Source: an uncultured Chlorobiaceae bacterium (GTDB lineage Bacteria; Bacteroidota; Ignavibacteria; UBA10030; SZUA-254). From it: DNA of 64,000 nt. The stretch spans positions 48,168 to 112,167 of the forward strand of contig CAYYIJ010000001.1 of the NCBI GenBank assembly GCA_964471945.1, in the 5' to 3' direction. The notes beneath the pieces were generated by a model. It was not told the origin of the DNA. It worked only from the letters and a program-made list of their open reading frames with translations, and searched no databases. Shown here one piece after another: positions 7,821 through 18,746 of this stretch (positions within the stretch are counted from its first letter, which is position 1; each line of letters opens with the position of its first letter). The position numbers and the translations under genes are program-made.

Positions 7821-8960
7821 ATGCGTTTCTCTACAAAAGCAATTCACGCAGGCCAGAGGCCTGATCCAACTACCGGGGCAGTAATGACACCGGTTTATTT
7901 AACTTCGACGTATGTTCAAAAAGAAATCGGAAAACATAGCGGCTATGTTTATTCTCGTATTGCCAATCCGACACGGACTGCACTTGAGCAAAACATTGCC
8001 GCGCTGGAAAATGGGAAGCATGGTGTTGCATTCGGGTCTGGCATGGCAGCGATCGATGCAATCTTTCGATCGCTGAAACCATGCGACCATGTAATCGTTT
8101 CACACAATGTTTATGGCGGTACATACCGGATTGCAAAAAATATACTCGAAGATTTTCGGTTACAATTCGATTTCATCGACACAACAAATCTGAAATTGGT
8201 CGAACAGTCCATCCGTCAAGAAACAAGAATGATTTTCGTTGAGAGTCCAACAAATCCAACGATGGAAATAACTGATCTAAGTGCCATTGCAAATATCGCA
8301 AAGCGATATCGCCTTATCTCCGTATGCGACAACACATTTGCAACACCTTACTTACAACAGCCGCTTGAATATGGAATCGACATCGTGGTTCATAGTCTTA
8401 CTAAATATCTCAACGGTCACAGCGACATGCTCGGTGGGTTGGTTGTTACCGATGATGCTAAGATTGCAGAAATGTTGCGTTTTATCCAAAAATCTACCGG
8501 TGGAATATTGAGTTCTTTCGAAGCATGGCTTTGTTTGAGAGGAATTAAAACCTTACCTATTCGGATGGAACAACACAGTAAAAATGCAATGGCCATTGCA
8601 CAGTGGCTCTCTAAGCAAAGGAAGATCAAGCGTGTTCTATATCCGGGGCTTCCTTCACATCCCCAGCATAAACTGGCTAAAAAGCAAATGAAAAAATTTG
8701 GCGGAATGATTTCTTTTGATTTAGGCAGCTTCAAAAAGACAAAGAAATTTTTGAAAAAAGTACAACTTTGTGCTCTCGCTGAAAGTTTGGGCGGCGTAGA
8801 GACTCTAATATCACATCCTGCAACAATGACACATGCAGCGGTTCAAAAAGATCAAAGACAGAGGATTGGTATTACTGATGGACTAATACGTATATCAGTT
8901 GGCTTGGAAGATATCGATGATATAACCACGGATATTCAACGAGCTTTAAAAAACATTTAA
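7821..8960 (+). CDS. Cys/Met-metabolism PLP-dependent enzyme (cystathionine gamma-synthase/lyase or methionine gamma-lyase family).
   Basis: 379 aa. N-terminal STKAIHAGQ...TGAVMTPVYLTSTY and overall trans-sulfuration family architecture. Confidence 0.85.
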   Translation: MRFSTKAIHAGQRPDPTTGAVMTPVYLTSTYVQKEIGKHSGYVYSRIANPTRTALEQNIAALENGKHGVAFGSGMAAIDAIFRSLKPCDHVIVSHNVYGGTYRIAKNILEDFRLQFDFIDTTNLKLVEQSIRQETRMIFVESPTNPTMEITDLSAIANIAKRYRLISVCDNTFATPYLQQPLEYGIDIVVHSLTKYLNGHSDMLGGLVVTDDAKIAEMLRFIQKSTGGILSSFEAWLCLRGIKTLPIRMEQHSKNAMAIAQWLSKQRKIKRVLYPGLPSHPQHKLAKKQMKKFGGMISFDLGSFKKTKKFLKKVQLCALAESLGGVETLISHPATMTHAAVQKDQRQRIGITDGLIRISVGLEDIDDITTDIQRALKNI

Positions 8961-9085
8961 TTTGGTTGCTAATAACATTTATTTTATTTAAATTATATCC
9001 AGCTTATTAATAATCATCTTTTCTTGCGTTTATCATACAGGTGAAATATCGGAGCACTTTATCTTTCTTGGAGTAAAATTGTAAT

Positions 9086-9556
9086 ATGAAGATTAGTGAT
9101 ATTCTCGACGAAAAATTAGTCGTCAGCAACCTCCCGGGAAGCTCGAAAGAGGACGTAATCGATGGGTTGGTTGAAATCGTTGGTCAATCACCGAAAGTTT
9201 TAAATATTGATAAGGTTCGCACCGCTATATTTGAAAGAGAGAAAATCATGTCAACTGGCGTGGGCAATGGATTTGCCATTCCTCATGGAAAAACCGATGC
9301 AGTTACTGACATCGTTGCAGCTTTCGGTATCACAGCAGAACCGATCCAATATCAGTCACTCGATGAAAAACCTGTGCGTCTTATTTTTCTTCTAGTGGGC
9401 AAGGACAATCTTGTCGGTCCACATATTAAACTCCTCAGTCGTATTTCAAGACTAATGAACAAAGAGGAATTTCGTAATAAACTATTGGAAACCACTACAC
9501 CGCAAGAAATTATCGCAACATTCAAACAAGAGGAAGCGAATTATTCCGAGATGTAA
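9086..9556 (+). CDS. PTS EIIA-type-2 (PtsN/EIIA-Ntr-like) regulatory protein.
   Basis: 156 aa. GVGNGFAIPHGKTD phosphorylatable-His motif. Confidence 0.65.
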   Translation: MKISDILDEKLVVSNLPGSSKEDVIDGLVEIVGQSPKVLNIDKVRTAIFEREKIMSTGVGNGFAIPHGKTDAVTDIVAAFGITAEPIQYQSLDEKPVRLIFLLVGKDNLVGPHIKLLSRISRLMNKEEFRNKLLETTTPQEIIATFKQEEANYSEM

Positions 9557-9620
9557 CATTTTGGTGTAATCTATCATCTTCCTTACCACAATATGTCATC
9601 CAATTTATTTTGAAGCTATT

Positions 9621-10907
9621 TTGAAGTTCAAATCAATCAAAGGTACACAGGATGTACTCCCCGATGATAGTTATCGTTGGCAGTTTGTTGAACAGAAAAT
9701 CCGCTCGGTAATGCATAGGTTCAACTACCGTGAAATTCGTACTCCAGTGTTCGAAGAAACAGCCTTATTTGCACGCGGTATTGGTGAATTAACAGATATC
9801 GTTAAGAAAGAAATGTACACTTTTCAGGATAGAGGTGGAACTATGCTGACATTGAAACCTGAAATGACCGCAGCGGTTATGCGTTCCTATCTCCAACATA
9901 ACATGGGTGAACGAAAACCATTAATTAAAGTATATTATATCGCACCGATGTTCCGCCAGGAAAGACCGCAAGCCGGACGCCTTAGGCAATTTCACCAATT
10001 TGGTGCCGAAGCTATTGGCGGAAGCAATCCTTTTGTCGATGCCGAAATTATAGCATTGTCTGCCGAAGTTTACCGGGTACTCGAGGTAAAAAACTTTCAG
10101 ATTAAAATTAACTCGGTCGGTTGTTTAAATTGCCGCCCGATTTATAAAGAAATTCTGAAGAAAAATCTACATAGTGTTTTTGAGCACTTATCAGAAGATA
10201 GCAAGCGGCGATTCGAGCAAAATCCGTTACGAATACTTGACTCGAAAGATGAAAATGATCAGAAGCTTACTAAGAATGTTCCATTGATCAAGGATTATTT
10301 ATGCAAAGAATGTTCAGCACATTTCATCGAACTTCAATCAACTTTAAGATCATTGAATATTGAATTTGAAATCGATGGCAGAATTGTTCGGGGTTTAGAT
10401 TATTACACTAAAACAGCATTCGAAATCATCAGTAAAGACTTGGGATCACAGGATGCATTGGTTGGTGGTGGTCGATACGATCTTTTATTAAAAGAACTTG
10501 GTGGCAAACCAACACCATCTGTCGGATTTGCGGCTGGTGTAGAACGTCTTCTGCTAACGATGGAGAAACAGCAATTATTTGCCGGAGTAAATAACAAGCC
10601 GAAGGTTTTTATTGCTGCGGTTGATGAAGAGGGAAGAAGATACGCAATGGTACAGGCGATCATGTTGCGACGCAATAACATTCCGTGCGAAGTCGATTTG
10701 CTTGGGCGAAGCCTAAAATCACAAATGCGAGAAGCAGACCGGCAAGAGGTAGAATTTGTTATTATCATCGGCGGTCATGAGCTTGAAAAAGAGATTGTCA
10801 TTATTAAGAATATGAAAAATGGAATACAAACAAACCTTGCGGCGAAGGATTTAATTGGCTATTTTCAAGAAACGGAGGAAAAAATTGAAACGGGGGGAAT
10901 CCGTTAA
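9621..10907 (+). CDS. hisS: Histidine--tRNA ligase.
   Basis: 428 aa. Class II aaRS motifs and HisRS-typical N-terminus KGTQDVLPDDSYRWQFVEQKIRSVMHRFNYREIRTPVFE, plus an anticodon-binding C-terminal domain. Confidence 0.9.
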   Translation: MKFKSIKGTQDVLPDDSYRWQFVEQKIRSVMHRFNYREIRTPVFEETALFARGIGELTDIVKKEMYTFQDRGGTMLTLKPEMTAAVMRSYLQHNMGERKPLIKVYYIAPMFRQERPQAGRLRQFHQFGAEAIGGSNPFVDAEIIALSAEVYRVLEVKNFQIKINSVGCLNCRPIYKEILKKNLHSVFEHLSEDSKRRFEQNPLRILDSKDENDQKLTKNVPLIKDYLCKECSAHFIELQSTLRSLNIEFEIDGRIVRGLDYYTKTAFEIISKDLGSQDALVGGGRYDLLLKELGGKPTPSVGFAAGVERLLLTMEKQQLFAGVNNKPKVFIAAVDEEGRRYAMVQAIMLRRNNIPCEVDLLGRSLKSQMREADRQEVEFVIIIGGHELEKEIVIIKNMKNGIQTNLAAKDLIGYFQETEEKIETGGIR

Positions 10908-11292
10908 ACCAATAATTGCAGTTGAGTACTACTTACTTATAACACCAAAGTATAAGGAACGTGATAAAAAAGTGGTAACTTATTTCACACTAAGGACTGT
11001 ACCAGAGTTTACATATTTTAGATATGAGATTATTGTTAAACCCGTTATTCAGGATCGTACAATACGATTCGACATTCATGGGTTACGAGCACCACTAGTT
11101 ACAATCCCAAACATGGGTCCGGCTACATTTACCGCTGAATTTGAAAATTTATCTGGTGATTACACACTGATTGTTTCTAAGCATGGTAAAAAGGTAAATA
11201 GATTTTTACTGAAAATAAAAAAAAATAAGATCATCGTAGAAAAAAGTCCGGAGAATAAATTTATTGAGATCGTCACGGACGAGACAAAATAG
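10885..11292 (+). CDS. Hypothetical small Lys-rich protein.
   Basis: ORF overlapping the hisS 3' end. No ATG is available until late in the frame; the start is uncertain (TTG at 10885 proposed). No recognisable domain. Confidence 0.3.
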   Translation: MKRGESVKPIIAVEYYLLITPKYKERDKKVVTYFTLRTVPEFTYFRYEIIVKPVIQDRTIRFDIHGLRAPLVTIPNMGPATFTAEFENLSGDYTLIVSKHGKKVNRFLLKIKKNKIIVEKSPENKFIEIVTDETK

Positions 11293-11328
11293 TGAGTAAA
11301 TCTTTTATGATTAATTATATTATGTATT

Positions 11329-12159
11329 ATGTGCCCCGAATTATTTAAAATAGGACCATTCACTGTTCACAGCTTCGGCTTGATGATGGCAATCAGTTTC
11401 ATTGTCGCCAGTTGGATTTTAACAAAGGAATTAGTGCGTAAAGATTATCAACCGAATTTAGGTAGTACGATAACACTCCTCTCTGTAATTTTTGGAATTA
11501 TAGGTTCCAAACTGCTTTTTCTCATCGAAGATTGGGATAATTTTATTCTAAATCCGTTGGGAGAAGCTTTTTCGCCTGGGGGTTTAACCTGGTATGGTGG
11601 TTTTATCCTTGCAACTTTCATAATTTGGCTATACGTGAGGAGGAAGAAAATTTCTTTTCTAAAAATATGTGACGCGGCGGCTCCCGCCTTGATGATAGGT
11701 TACGGTATTGCCCGAATTGGTTGTCACTTTGCGGGTGATGGGTGTTATGGCATGCCAACCAATTTAGCGTGGGGGGCGGTGTATTCAGGCGGAACGTATC
11801 CTCCCTCGATCGCATTTCGTGAATTTCCGGAAATTGCGCAAAAATATGGAGTTGACGGAATTATTCTGAATAATATAACTGTTCATCCCACACCCATTTA
11901 TGAATTCTTTACATCAATAATTATGTTCTTAATATTGTGGAGACTCCGAAAAAAGAATTTTACTGATGGAACTATTTTTATGTTTTATCTTATTTTATCT
12001 GGGATTAGCCGCTTCTTGGTGGAGTTTATTAGATTGAACCCACGTTTACTTTTCGGACTCTCTGAGGCGCAGTTGATCTCAATCGTTTTAATCATTGTTG
12101 GGATTGTTGGTACAATAATTTTAATAAAACCCAAACAACATATGAAAATGTCAATATAA
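11329..12159 (+). CDS. lgt: Prolipoprotein diacylglyceryl transferase.
   Basis: 276 aa multi-TM protein. The GGLTWYGGFI signature and overall layout are typical of Lgt. Confidence 0.85.
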   Translation: MCPELFKIGPFTVHSFGLMMAISFIVASWILTKELVRKDYQPNLGSTITLLSVIFGIIGSKLLFLIEDWDNFILNPLGEAFSPGGLTWYGGFILATFIIWLYVRRKKISFLKICDAAAPALMIGYGIARIGCHFAGDGCYGMPTNLAWGAVYSGGTYPPSIAFREFPEIAQKYGVDGIILNNITVHPTPIYEFFTSIIMFLILWRLRKKNFTDGTIFMFYLILSGISRFLVEFIRLNPRLLFGLSEAQLISIVLIIVGIVGTIILIKPKQHMKMSI

Positions 12160-12166
12160 TTATTAA

Positions 12167-13087
12167 GTGAAATTTATGAATTCTGAAATAAAAAATACTT
12201 ACAATTCGTATTATGACCGACAACGTACCCGTCCTTCACCATTGCGTGTTGTTCATGACCGTAAACCCACTGCAAATATCATTGCAGGTCGCAATCCAGT
12301 AATCGAAGCTTTACGGGCGGGAACGATAATCGAAAAAATTGTTATTCTTGCTGGTGTCAAAGGATCTTCTATAGAAAAAATTAAACAATTGGCAAAAAAT
12401 AACCGGATAAATTTTGTTGAAGTCGGTAAAATTAAATTCCGTGAACTGGTTAGTGACACTACAACTCAAGGAGTCGTAGCAATTGTTGGCACAAAAAAAT
12501 ATGTTGAAATTTCAGATATCCTGAAAATAGCTGAGAAGCGTAACGAAAACCCATTTATTTTATTATTGGATGAGATCGAAGATCCACAGAACTTAGGGGC
12601 ACTAATTCGAACAGCAGAATGTGCTGGTGTGCATGGCGTTGCCATCTCGAAACACCATGCAGCTTCGGTAAACCAAACTGTTGCAAGAACCTCGGCGGGG
12701 GCAAGTGAACATTTACCAGTTGCTAAAGTAACTAATATAGTGAATACAATAGATGAATTGAAGAAAAAAGGTGTTTGGGTGGTTGGAACTGATTCGAAGG
12801 CGGACAAACTTTATACCGAGATTGATTACACCGGACCGATTGCCGTTGTTGTTGGGAGCGAGGGGAAAGGAATCCGTACTTTGGTAAAAGAAAAATGTGA
12901 CTTTATGGTAAAAATCCCAATACGCGGTAAAATTCCCTCTCTGAACGCTTCTGTTGCCGGCGGTCTTTTGATGTATGAAGTTGTAAGGAAACAAGAAATG
13001 AAGGATAGTCAGGATACAATTTTAATTCCAGACAATAATGAACTATCATCCGATGAAGGGAACAACTCTGATTCTGAGAATATCTAA
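12167..13087 (+). CDS. rlmB: TrmH/SpoU-family rRNA 2'-O-methyltransferase (RlmB-like) with an acidic C-terminal tail.
   Basis: SpoU MTase motifs LLLDEIEDPQNLGALIRTAECAGV, VVGSEGKGIR and SLNASVAGGLLMYE, plus an N-terminal substrate-binding domain. Confidence 0.8.
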   Translation: MKFMNSEIKNTYNSYYDRQRTRPSPLRVVHDRKPTANIIAGRNPVIEALRAGTIIEKIVILAGVKGSSIEKIKQLAKNNRINFVEVGKIKFRELVSDTTTQGVVAIVGTKKYVEISDILKIAEKRNENPFILLLDEIEDPQNLGALIRTAECAGVHGVAISKHHAASVNQTVARTSAGASEHLPVAKVTNIVNTIDELKKKGVWVVGTDSKADKLYTEIDYTGPIAVVVGSEGKGIRTLVKEKCDFMVKIPIRGKIPSLNASVAGGLLMYEVVRKQEMKDSQDTILIPDNNELSSDEGNNSDSENI

Positions 13088-13163
13088 TTTTTTATTTTTT
13101 ATATATTTTTTTTAGTATTTTGTTGTGTTAAAATCGTCCAGAAAATTTATAGGTTACGGATAA

Positions 13164-13781
13164 TTGCAATTCATTGTTAGCTTCGTAATAGGTTATGTAA
13201 TCGGTTCTTTTCCGACTGCATATCTAATTGTTAGACATCAAGCTCACCTCGATATTCGTTTGGCTGGAAGTGGTAATGTCGGAGCAAGAAATGTATATGA
13301 GGTTACAAGCTCGAAATTACTGGGACTAATAGTACTTCTAATAGATTTGTTAAAAGGTGGAGCGTCAATATTTTTAACGTACCTAATTTATGGTTGTCAT
13401 TATTGGATTTTAGGAGTTGCCGGAATTGGCTCGGTTCTCGGACACAATTATTCTCCCTGGTTGCAATTTAAAGGTGGCCGCGGACTTTCCACAACTGCAG
13501 GTGTGATGCTATTACTCGGTTGGATTTATATTGTAATATGGTTGCTGATTTACTTTACAACAAATCGATTAAGCAAAAATATTCATCTTTCAAGCATTAT
13601 CGCAACCATTGTCAGCCCCATTTTAATCCTTTTGACTGTGGAACCTTTGAGAGCATCAATTATGTTTTCTCAAATTGAGATTATGGATTTATTCCTTTTA
13701 TGTTTGATACTCAGCTCTTTAATATTATTAGCACATATTGAGCCACTGAAAGAACTTATTCGAAAACGAAATGAAAAATAA
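13164..13781 (+). CDS. plsY: Glycerol-3-phosphate acyltransferase PlsY.
   Basis: GSGNVGARN and GHNYSPWLQFKGGRG motifs; polytopic membrane protein. Confidence 0.85.
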   Translation: MQFIVSFVIGYVIGSFPTAYLIVRHQAHLDIRLAGSGNVGARNVYEVTSSKLLGLIVLLIDLLKGGASIFLTYLIYGCHYWILGVAGIGSVLGHNYSPWLQFKGGRGLSTTAGVMLLLGWIYIVIWLLIYFTTNRLSKNIHLSSIIATIVSPILILLTVEPLRASIMFSQIEIMDLFLLCLILSSLILLAHIEPLKELIRKRNEK

Positions 13782-14643
13782 ACTTGATAATCTAGAATTA
13801 AAAGATATGTCGCGTCAGATACGGCGTGATGTAATCAAAATGTTGATGATATCTAAGTCAGGTCACTCTGGAGGACCACTTGGCTTGGCTGAAGTATTTG
13901 CAAGTTTCTACTTCAATATCCTGAATATTGATCCACAAAACCCCAAATGGGAAGATAGAGATTATTTCTTTTTGTCGGCTGGTCATCTTTGTCCAGCGTG
14001 GTATGCAACGCTTGCACGAAGAGGATATTTTCCATTGAGCGAATTAACAACTCTTCGAAAAATAAATACCAGATTGCAAGGACATCCCGCTCCTGCTCAT
14101 ACTCATGGTGTACCGGGAATTGAAATTGCTTCCGGCGCACTCGGACAAGGTTTATCTGTTGCAGTCGGTTGCGCTCTTGGTGTACGACTTGATAAAAAAA
14201 CAAACAGAGTTTATGTCTTGCTTGGTGATGGCGAGCTTGATGAAGGACAAATCTGGGAAGCAGCCATGACCGCAGGTCATCATAAAGTAGATAATCTCAT
14301 TGCGATAGTTGATAGGAATGATTGTCAGATTGATGGACGTACGATGAATGTTATGAATCTTGAACCGCTTGTCGAGAAGTGGAAAGCATTTAACTGGCAT
14401 GTCCTAGAATGTAATGGAAATGATGTTAATGAATTTGTCGGGACAGTCAAACTTGCTCAAGAGTTAAGAGGGAAACCAACAGTTATTATAACACGTACAT
14501 TTATGGGTAACGGAGTTTCGTTCATGCACGATGATTACAAATGGCATGGTGTGCCACCCAATGAAGAACAAGGCAAGCGAGCATTATCTGAATTACCTCT
14601 GACAAAGTTTGGAGATTTTGTAACATTTGATTGGGAGAATTAA
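13771..14643 (+). CDS. Transketolase, N-terminal (TPP-binding) subunit.
   Basis: SGHSGGPLG, GHP...GIEIASGALGQGLS and LLGDGELDEGQIWEA motifs. Ends where full-length transketolases continue. Confidence 0.9.
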   Translation: MKNKLDNLELKDMSRQIRRDVIKMLMISKSGHSGGPLGLAEVFASFYFNILNIDPQNPKWEDRDYFFLSAGHLCPAWYATLARRGYFPLSELTTLRKINTRLQGHPAPAHTHGVPGIEIASGALGQGLSVAVGCALGVRLDKKTNRVYVLLGDGELDEGQIWEAAMTAGHHKVDNLIAIVDRNDCQIDGRTMNVMNLEPLVEKWKAFNWHVLECNGNDVNEFVGTVKLAQELRGKPTVIITRTFMGNGVSFMHDDYKWHGVPPNEEQGKRALSELPLTKFGDFVTFDWEN

Positions 14644-14702
14644 ATTGGAATGATGGATTAATGGAATGTTGAACTAGGAATATTTAAATATCGGTTTAAA
14701 AT

Positions 14703-14963
14703 ATGGAAATTAAACTAGATAAACATATTATCGAACAAATGATAAAACGTGGAACTAATGAAAACGAGATTATGGAAGTGTTGAACGAAGCTGTTGAGTG
14801 TGATGCAAAATATGATAGAAAAAGAAAATCGAAAATTTTTCATTATAACACGTTTTGGTGCGGAAAATATTATAGACAAAAGAAAGTGGAGGTTATCTAT
14901 AAGTATGAAGGTAATCAAATAATTACTATAACAGTTTATGTATACTACGGAGAATGGAAATGA
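14703..14963 (+). CDS. DUF4258-family small protein (putative toxin of a TA-like pair).
   Basis: 86 aa. DKHIIEQMIKRG...ITITVYVY pattern is typical of DUF4258. Overlaps the next gene by 10 bp. Confidence 0.65.
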   Translation: MEIKLDKHIIEQMIKRGTNENEIMEVLNEAVECDAKYDRKRKSKIFHYNTFWCGKYYRQKKVEVIYKYEGNQIITITVYVYYGEWK

Positions 14964-15169
14964 AAATTTATTATAATCCCAAGGATGATCTCCTCAGAAT
15001 CACCTTAAAGGAAAGTAAGGAAGTCAGAAATGAAAGATATAATGACGATATCGTATTTGACGTCGACAAAGAAGATAAAGTCGTCGGGATCGAAATTTTT
15101 GATGCAGCAAAATATCTCGAGATCGGTGATTTATTAAGTGTTACTCTTGTTCAAGAAAAATTGGCATAA
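14954..15169 (+). CDS. DUF2283-family small protein (putative antitoxin partner).
   Basis: 71 aa. KIYYNPKDDLLRI...VVGIEIFDA is typical of DUF2283. Confidence 0.7.
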   Translation: MEMKIYYNPKDDLLRITLKESKEVRNERYNDDIVFDVDKEDKVVGIEIFDAAKYLEIGDLLSVTLVQEKLA

Positions 15170-15172
15170 TCA

Positions 15173-16141
15173 ATGGCAAAATTTCAAATCAAAGAACATA
15201 AAGCCACACGACTCGGCTTCGGTGAAGCACTTGTAGAGTTGGGTCACGAGAATCCGAATGTTGTAGTTCTCGGAGGAGACGTTACTGGTTCAGTTCGAAC
15301 AGATTTATTCATGAAAGCTTTTCCCGATCGGTTCTTCAGTGTCGGAATAGCAGAACAAGACATGATGGGAACAGCGGCAGGACTTGCGATTGCGGGAAAG
15401 ATTCCATTCGCATCTGCGTATGGTGTGTTTGCGACAGGAAGACCTTTCGATCAAATTCGTCAATCAATTGCATACAGTCAGATTCCAGTTAAGATTTGTG
15501 CATCTCACTGCGGAATAACTGTCGGACAAGATGGCGCAACTCATCAATCACTCGAAGATATCGCACTTATGCGTGCGCTACCGCATATGACAATTGCCTC
15601 GCCGTGCGATTATCATCAAGCAAAAAAAATGGTGAAAGGTTCAATCAATTGGAATCATCCGATTTATATCAGATTCTTCAGAGATAACTCACTTGTGTTC
15701 ACCGATCCATCCGCTACATTTGAATTTGGAAAAGCTGATACACTCATCGATGGTTCTGATGTAACGATAATCGCATGTGGATTACAAGTTTGGGAATCTA
15801 TTCTTGCCGAAGAAATGCTTGAGAAGGAAGGAATCAGTGCTCGCGTAATCGACATGCATACAATCAAACCATTGGATGCAGATGCAATTTTAAAAGCCGC
15901 CAAAGAAACAGGCGCCATTGTAACTGCAGAAGATCATCAGAAACATGGAGGTCTCGGCAGTGCAGTAGCTGAATACCTTTCACAACATTATCCAACACCG
16001 CAAGAGTTTGTTGCAATCAATGATACATTCGGAGAATCTGGTTTAGGTGATGAGTTGATGAAGAAATATGGAATTGATAAAGAAGCAATTGTCAAAGCTG
16101 TACACAAAGTTATTGAAAGAAAGAAAAACAAAAGATTTTGA
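15173..16141 (+). CDS. Transketolase, C-terminal (pyrimidine-binding + C-terminal domain) subunit.
   Basis: 322 aa. GIAEQDMMGTAAGLA and the Tkt C-terminal domain. Confidence 0.9.
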   Translation: MAKFQIKEHKATRLGFGEALVELGHENPNVVVLGGDVTGSVRTDLFMKAFPDRFFSVGIAEQDMMGTAAGLAIAGKIPFASAYGVFATGRPFDQIRQSIAYSQIPVKICASHCGITVGQDGATHQSLEDIALMRALPHMTIASPCDYHQAKKMVKGSINWNHPIYIRFFRDNSLVFTDPSATFEFGKADTLIDGSDVTIIACGLQVWESILAEEMLEKEGISARVIDMHTIKPLDADAILKAAKETGAIVTAEDHQKHGGLGSAVAEYLSQHYPTPQEFVAINDTFGESGLGDELMKKYGIDKEAIVKAVHKVIERKKNKRF

Positions 16142-16147
16142 AGGAGA

Positions 16148-17359
16148 TTGAACATGAAGAAGTTATTAATTTTATTGACGATAATTATTTTGCCGCTGGC
16201 AGTCGGATTTGGATTAGGATATGGAGTTGGACATAAAAGTTTTGCACCAAATACGAATGATAGTTTCAATATGGATGAACAGCTTTCTACAGCATCCTAT
16301 ACACAAGCTAACCGTGACAGCTTCAATGAACAGATTACTGTCGGTCGTCAAAATGCAATTACACGGGCTGTTGGATTTGCAAGTCCGGCTGTAGTTGGAA
16401 TTAACGTAACAGAAGTTCGTGAATATCGTTATCATAACCCTTGGTCGCGTATGTTCGGCGATGATCCATTTTTTCGACAGTTCTTTGGAGATAGAACTTA
16501 TCGACAAGAAGTCAAAGGTCTTGGATCGGGTTTTATAATTTCACCTGATGGGTATGTCTTAACAAACGACCACGTTGCCGGCAACGCATCAAAAATTACA
16601 ATCACACTAACTAACAAAGAAAAATATGAAGCCGAATTGATCGGCACTGATTTAGTTTCCGATATTTCTTTATTGAAAATTAATGGAAAAGATTTGCCAT
16701 ATATAAAACTTGGCAATTCAGATGATGTAATCATTGGTGAATGGGTTATCGCGATGGGAAATCCGTTCGGTCTTTTCGAAATTGCGGATAAGCCGACTGT
16801 TACTGTTGGAGTAGTGAGTGCAACTGGAATGAATCTCAATGCTGAAGGTGGACGAATTTATCGCGGTATGATTCAAACTGATGCTGCAATCAACCAGGGA
16901 AATAGCGGTGGTCCATTATTGAACTCTGCCGGTGAAGTAATCGGTGTAAACGCAGTTATATACACACCGAACCAAGGTAACATTGGTCTCGGTTTTGCAA
17001 TTCCCATCAATCGAGTGAAGGACATTGTTGCTGAGTTGAAAAGAAGCGGTAAAATTGAAAGAAATTTCTGGACAGGGCTTGAAGTGCAAACCGTTGATGC
17101 ACGTGTTGCAAGATATTTCGATTTAGATAAAGCAGAAGGTGTTATTGTTACCGATGTTAAACGCCGAAGTCCAGCCGATGAAAGCGGTTTTAAACCGGGT
17201 GATATCATCATCGATGTTAACGGTGAAAAGATTATAAATGAAAATGCAATCGTCTCTATTGTTAGAACATCGAAAGCGGGAGATTTGTTGAAAATGAAAG
17301 TGATTCGTGATAAGAAAATTATTAATTTAAGTCTAAGATTAGAAAAACAACCGTCATGA
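16148..17359 (+). CDS. HtrA/DegP-family periplasmic serine protease with PDZ domain.
   Basis: Signal/TM N-terminus, catalytic triad context [18 protein letters not shown] ... GNSGGPLLN, and a C-terminal PDZ domain. Confidence 0.9.
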   Translation: MNMKKLLILLTIIILPLAVGFGLGYGVGHKSFAPNTNDSFNMDEQLSTASYTQANRDSFNEQITVGRQNAITRAVGFASPAVVGINVTEVREYRYHNPWSRMFGDDPFFRQFFGDRTYRQEVKGLGSGFIISPDGYVLTNDHVAGNASKITITLTNKEKYEAELIGTDLVSDISLLKINGKDLPYIKLGNSDDVIIGEWVIAMGNPFGLFEIADKPTVTVGVVSATGMNLNAEGGRIYRGMIQTDAAINQGNSGGPLLNSAGEVIGVNAVIYTPNQGNIGLGFAIPINRVKDIVAELKRSGKIERNFWTGLEVQTVDARVARYFDLDKAEGVIVTDVKRRSPADESGFKPGDIIIDVNGEKIINENAIVSIVRTSKAGDLLKMKVIRDKKIINLSLRLEKQPS

Positions 17360-18651
17360 TAAATCGCTATACGCGTCCAGAAATGGGAAAAATCTGGACG
17401 GAAGAAAATAAATTCCAAACTTGGCTCCATATTGAGATTCTCGCTTGTGAAGCGCAGGCAGAGCTTGGGGTGATTCCGAAAGAAGCTGTCAAAGTTATTC
17501 GCGAGAAAGCCAAGTTCGATGTTAAACGGATCGATGAAATTGAAGCTCAGGTAAAACACGATGTAATCGCTTTTCTGACGAATGTCGGAGAATACGTTGG
17601 ACCAGAATCCCGCTTCATTCATCTCGGTATGACTTCCTCAGATATTATTGATACTGGAATCGCACTTCAGATGAAACAATCCGGCGATTTGCTTTTAAAG
17701 GATTTGACTGAGTTGAAAGATATCCTCGCGAACCGAGCAAAGGAACATAAGTACACCATCATGATCGGCAGGACGCACGGTATTCATGCCGAGCCGATAA
17801 CTTTTGGTTTGAAGCTTGCTCTTTGGTATGATGAAACTCGTCGCAACATCAAGCGGCTTGAACAGGCAAAGGAAAATATTTCTTATGGACAAATCTCAGG
17901 AGCCGTTGGCACTTACGAACATCTTGATCCATTTGTTGAAAGATATGTTTGTGAAAAATTAGGATTGAAGCCTGCACCAATCTCGACTCAGATTCTTCAG
18001 CGGGATCTTCATGCTGAATTTCTTACAACACTTGCAATAATCGGAAGTTCTTTAGAAAAATTTGCAACAGAGATTCGTCATTTACAAAAGACCGAAATAC
18101 TTGAAGCGGAAGAATTTTTTTCAAAAGGACAAAAGGGCTCATCTGCAATGCCGCACAAGCGAAATCCGGTAAATTGCGAACGTGTAGCTGGATTAGCAAG
18201 AGTTCTTCGAGGAAACGCTCAGGCTGCGATGGAAAATATTTCACTCTGGCACGAACGGGATATCTCACATTCATCGGCAGAGAGAGTTATAATTCCCGAT
18301 AGCTGTACCCTCCTCGATTTTATGATTTCAGAATTCACGAACATCACCGACAAGCTCATTGTGTATCCCGAGAACATGATGAAGAACATCGAGCTTACAC
18401 ACGGACTCATTTTCTCGCAAGAAGTTCTACTCGCATTAACGAAGAAAGGTATGACACGTGAAGATGCATATTCTGCTGTACAGAAATACGCAATGGAAGT
18501 GTGGCAGAACAAAAAGAATTTTAAAGAAGTTTTGAAATCTGATTCCAATATTACGAAGTATTTGGGCGGCAGTGAGATTGACGAGTTGTTTGATTTGGAG
18601 AAAAGTATTCGTAATGTAGATTATATTTTTAAAAGAGTTGGATTAATGTAA
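17356..18651 (+). CDS. purB: Adenylosuccinate lyase.
   Basis: 431 aa. Fumarate-lyase signature [11 protein letters not shown], PurB-typical N-terminus, and the ADSL C-terminal domain. Confidence 0.9.
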   Translation: MINRYTRPEMGKIWTEENKFQTWLHIEILACEAQAELGVIPKEAVKVIREKAKFDVKRIDEIEAQVKHDVIAFLTNVGEYVGPESRFIHLGMTSSDIIDTGIALQMKQSGDLLLKDLTELKDILANRAKEHKYTIMIGRTHGIHAEPITFGLKLALWYDETRRNIKRLEQAKENISYGQISGAVGTYEHLDPFVERYVCEKLGLKPAPISTQILQRDLHAEFLTTLAIIGSSLEKFATEIRHLQKTEILEAEEFFSKGQKGSSAMPHKRNPVNCERVAGLARVLRGNAQAAMENISLWHERDISHSSAERVIIPDSCTLLDFMISEFTNITDKLIVYPENMMKNIELTHGLIFSQEVLLALTKKGMTREDAYSAVQKYAMEVWQNKKNFKEVLKSDSNITKYLGGSEIDELFDLEKSIRNVDYIFKRVGLM

Positions 18652-18654
18652 AAA

Positions 18655-18725
18655 TACTCTGCGTTCTCAGCGTCTCTGCGGTGAAAGAATTTCTCGCAAA
18701 GATCGCAAAGGTCGCAAAGAAATAA
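18655..18725. repeat. Short intergenic repeat of the cgcaaag-triplet family.
   Basis: gcgttctcagcgtctctgcg...ctcgcaaagatcgcaaaggtcgcaaag. Related to the elements at 26482-26658, 38690-38770 and 58551-58655. Confidence 0.6.
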
Positions 18726-18746
18726 ATTTAAAAAGAATTTCTATTA

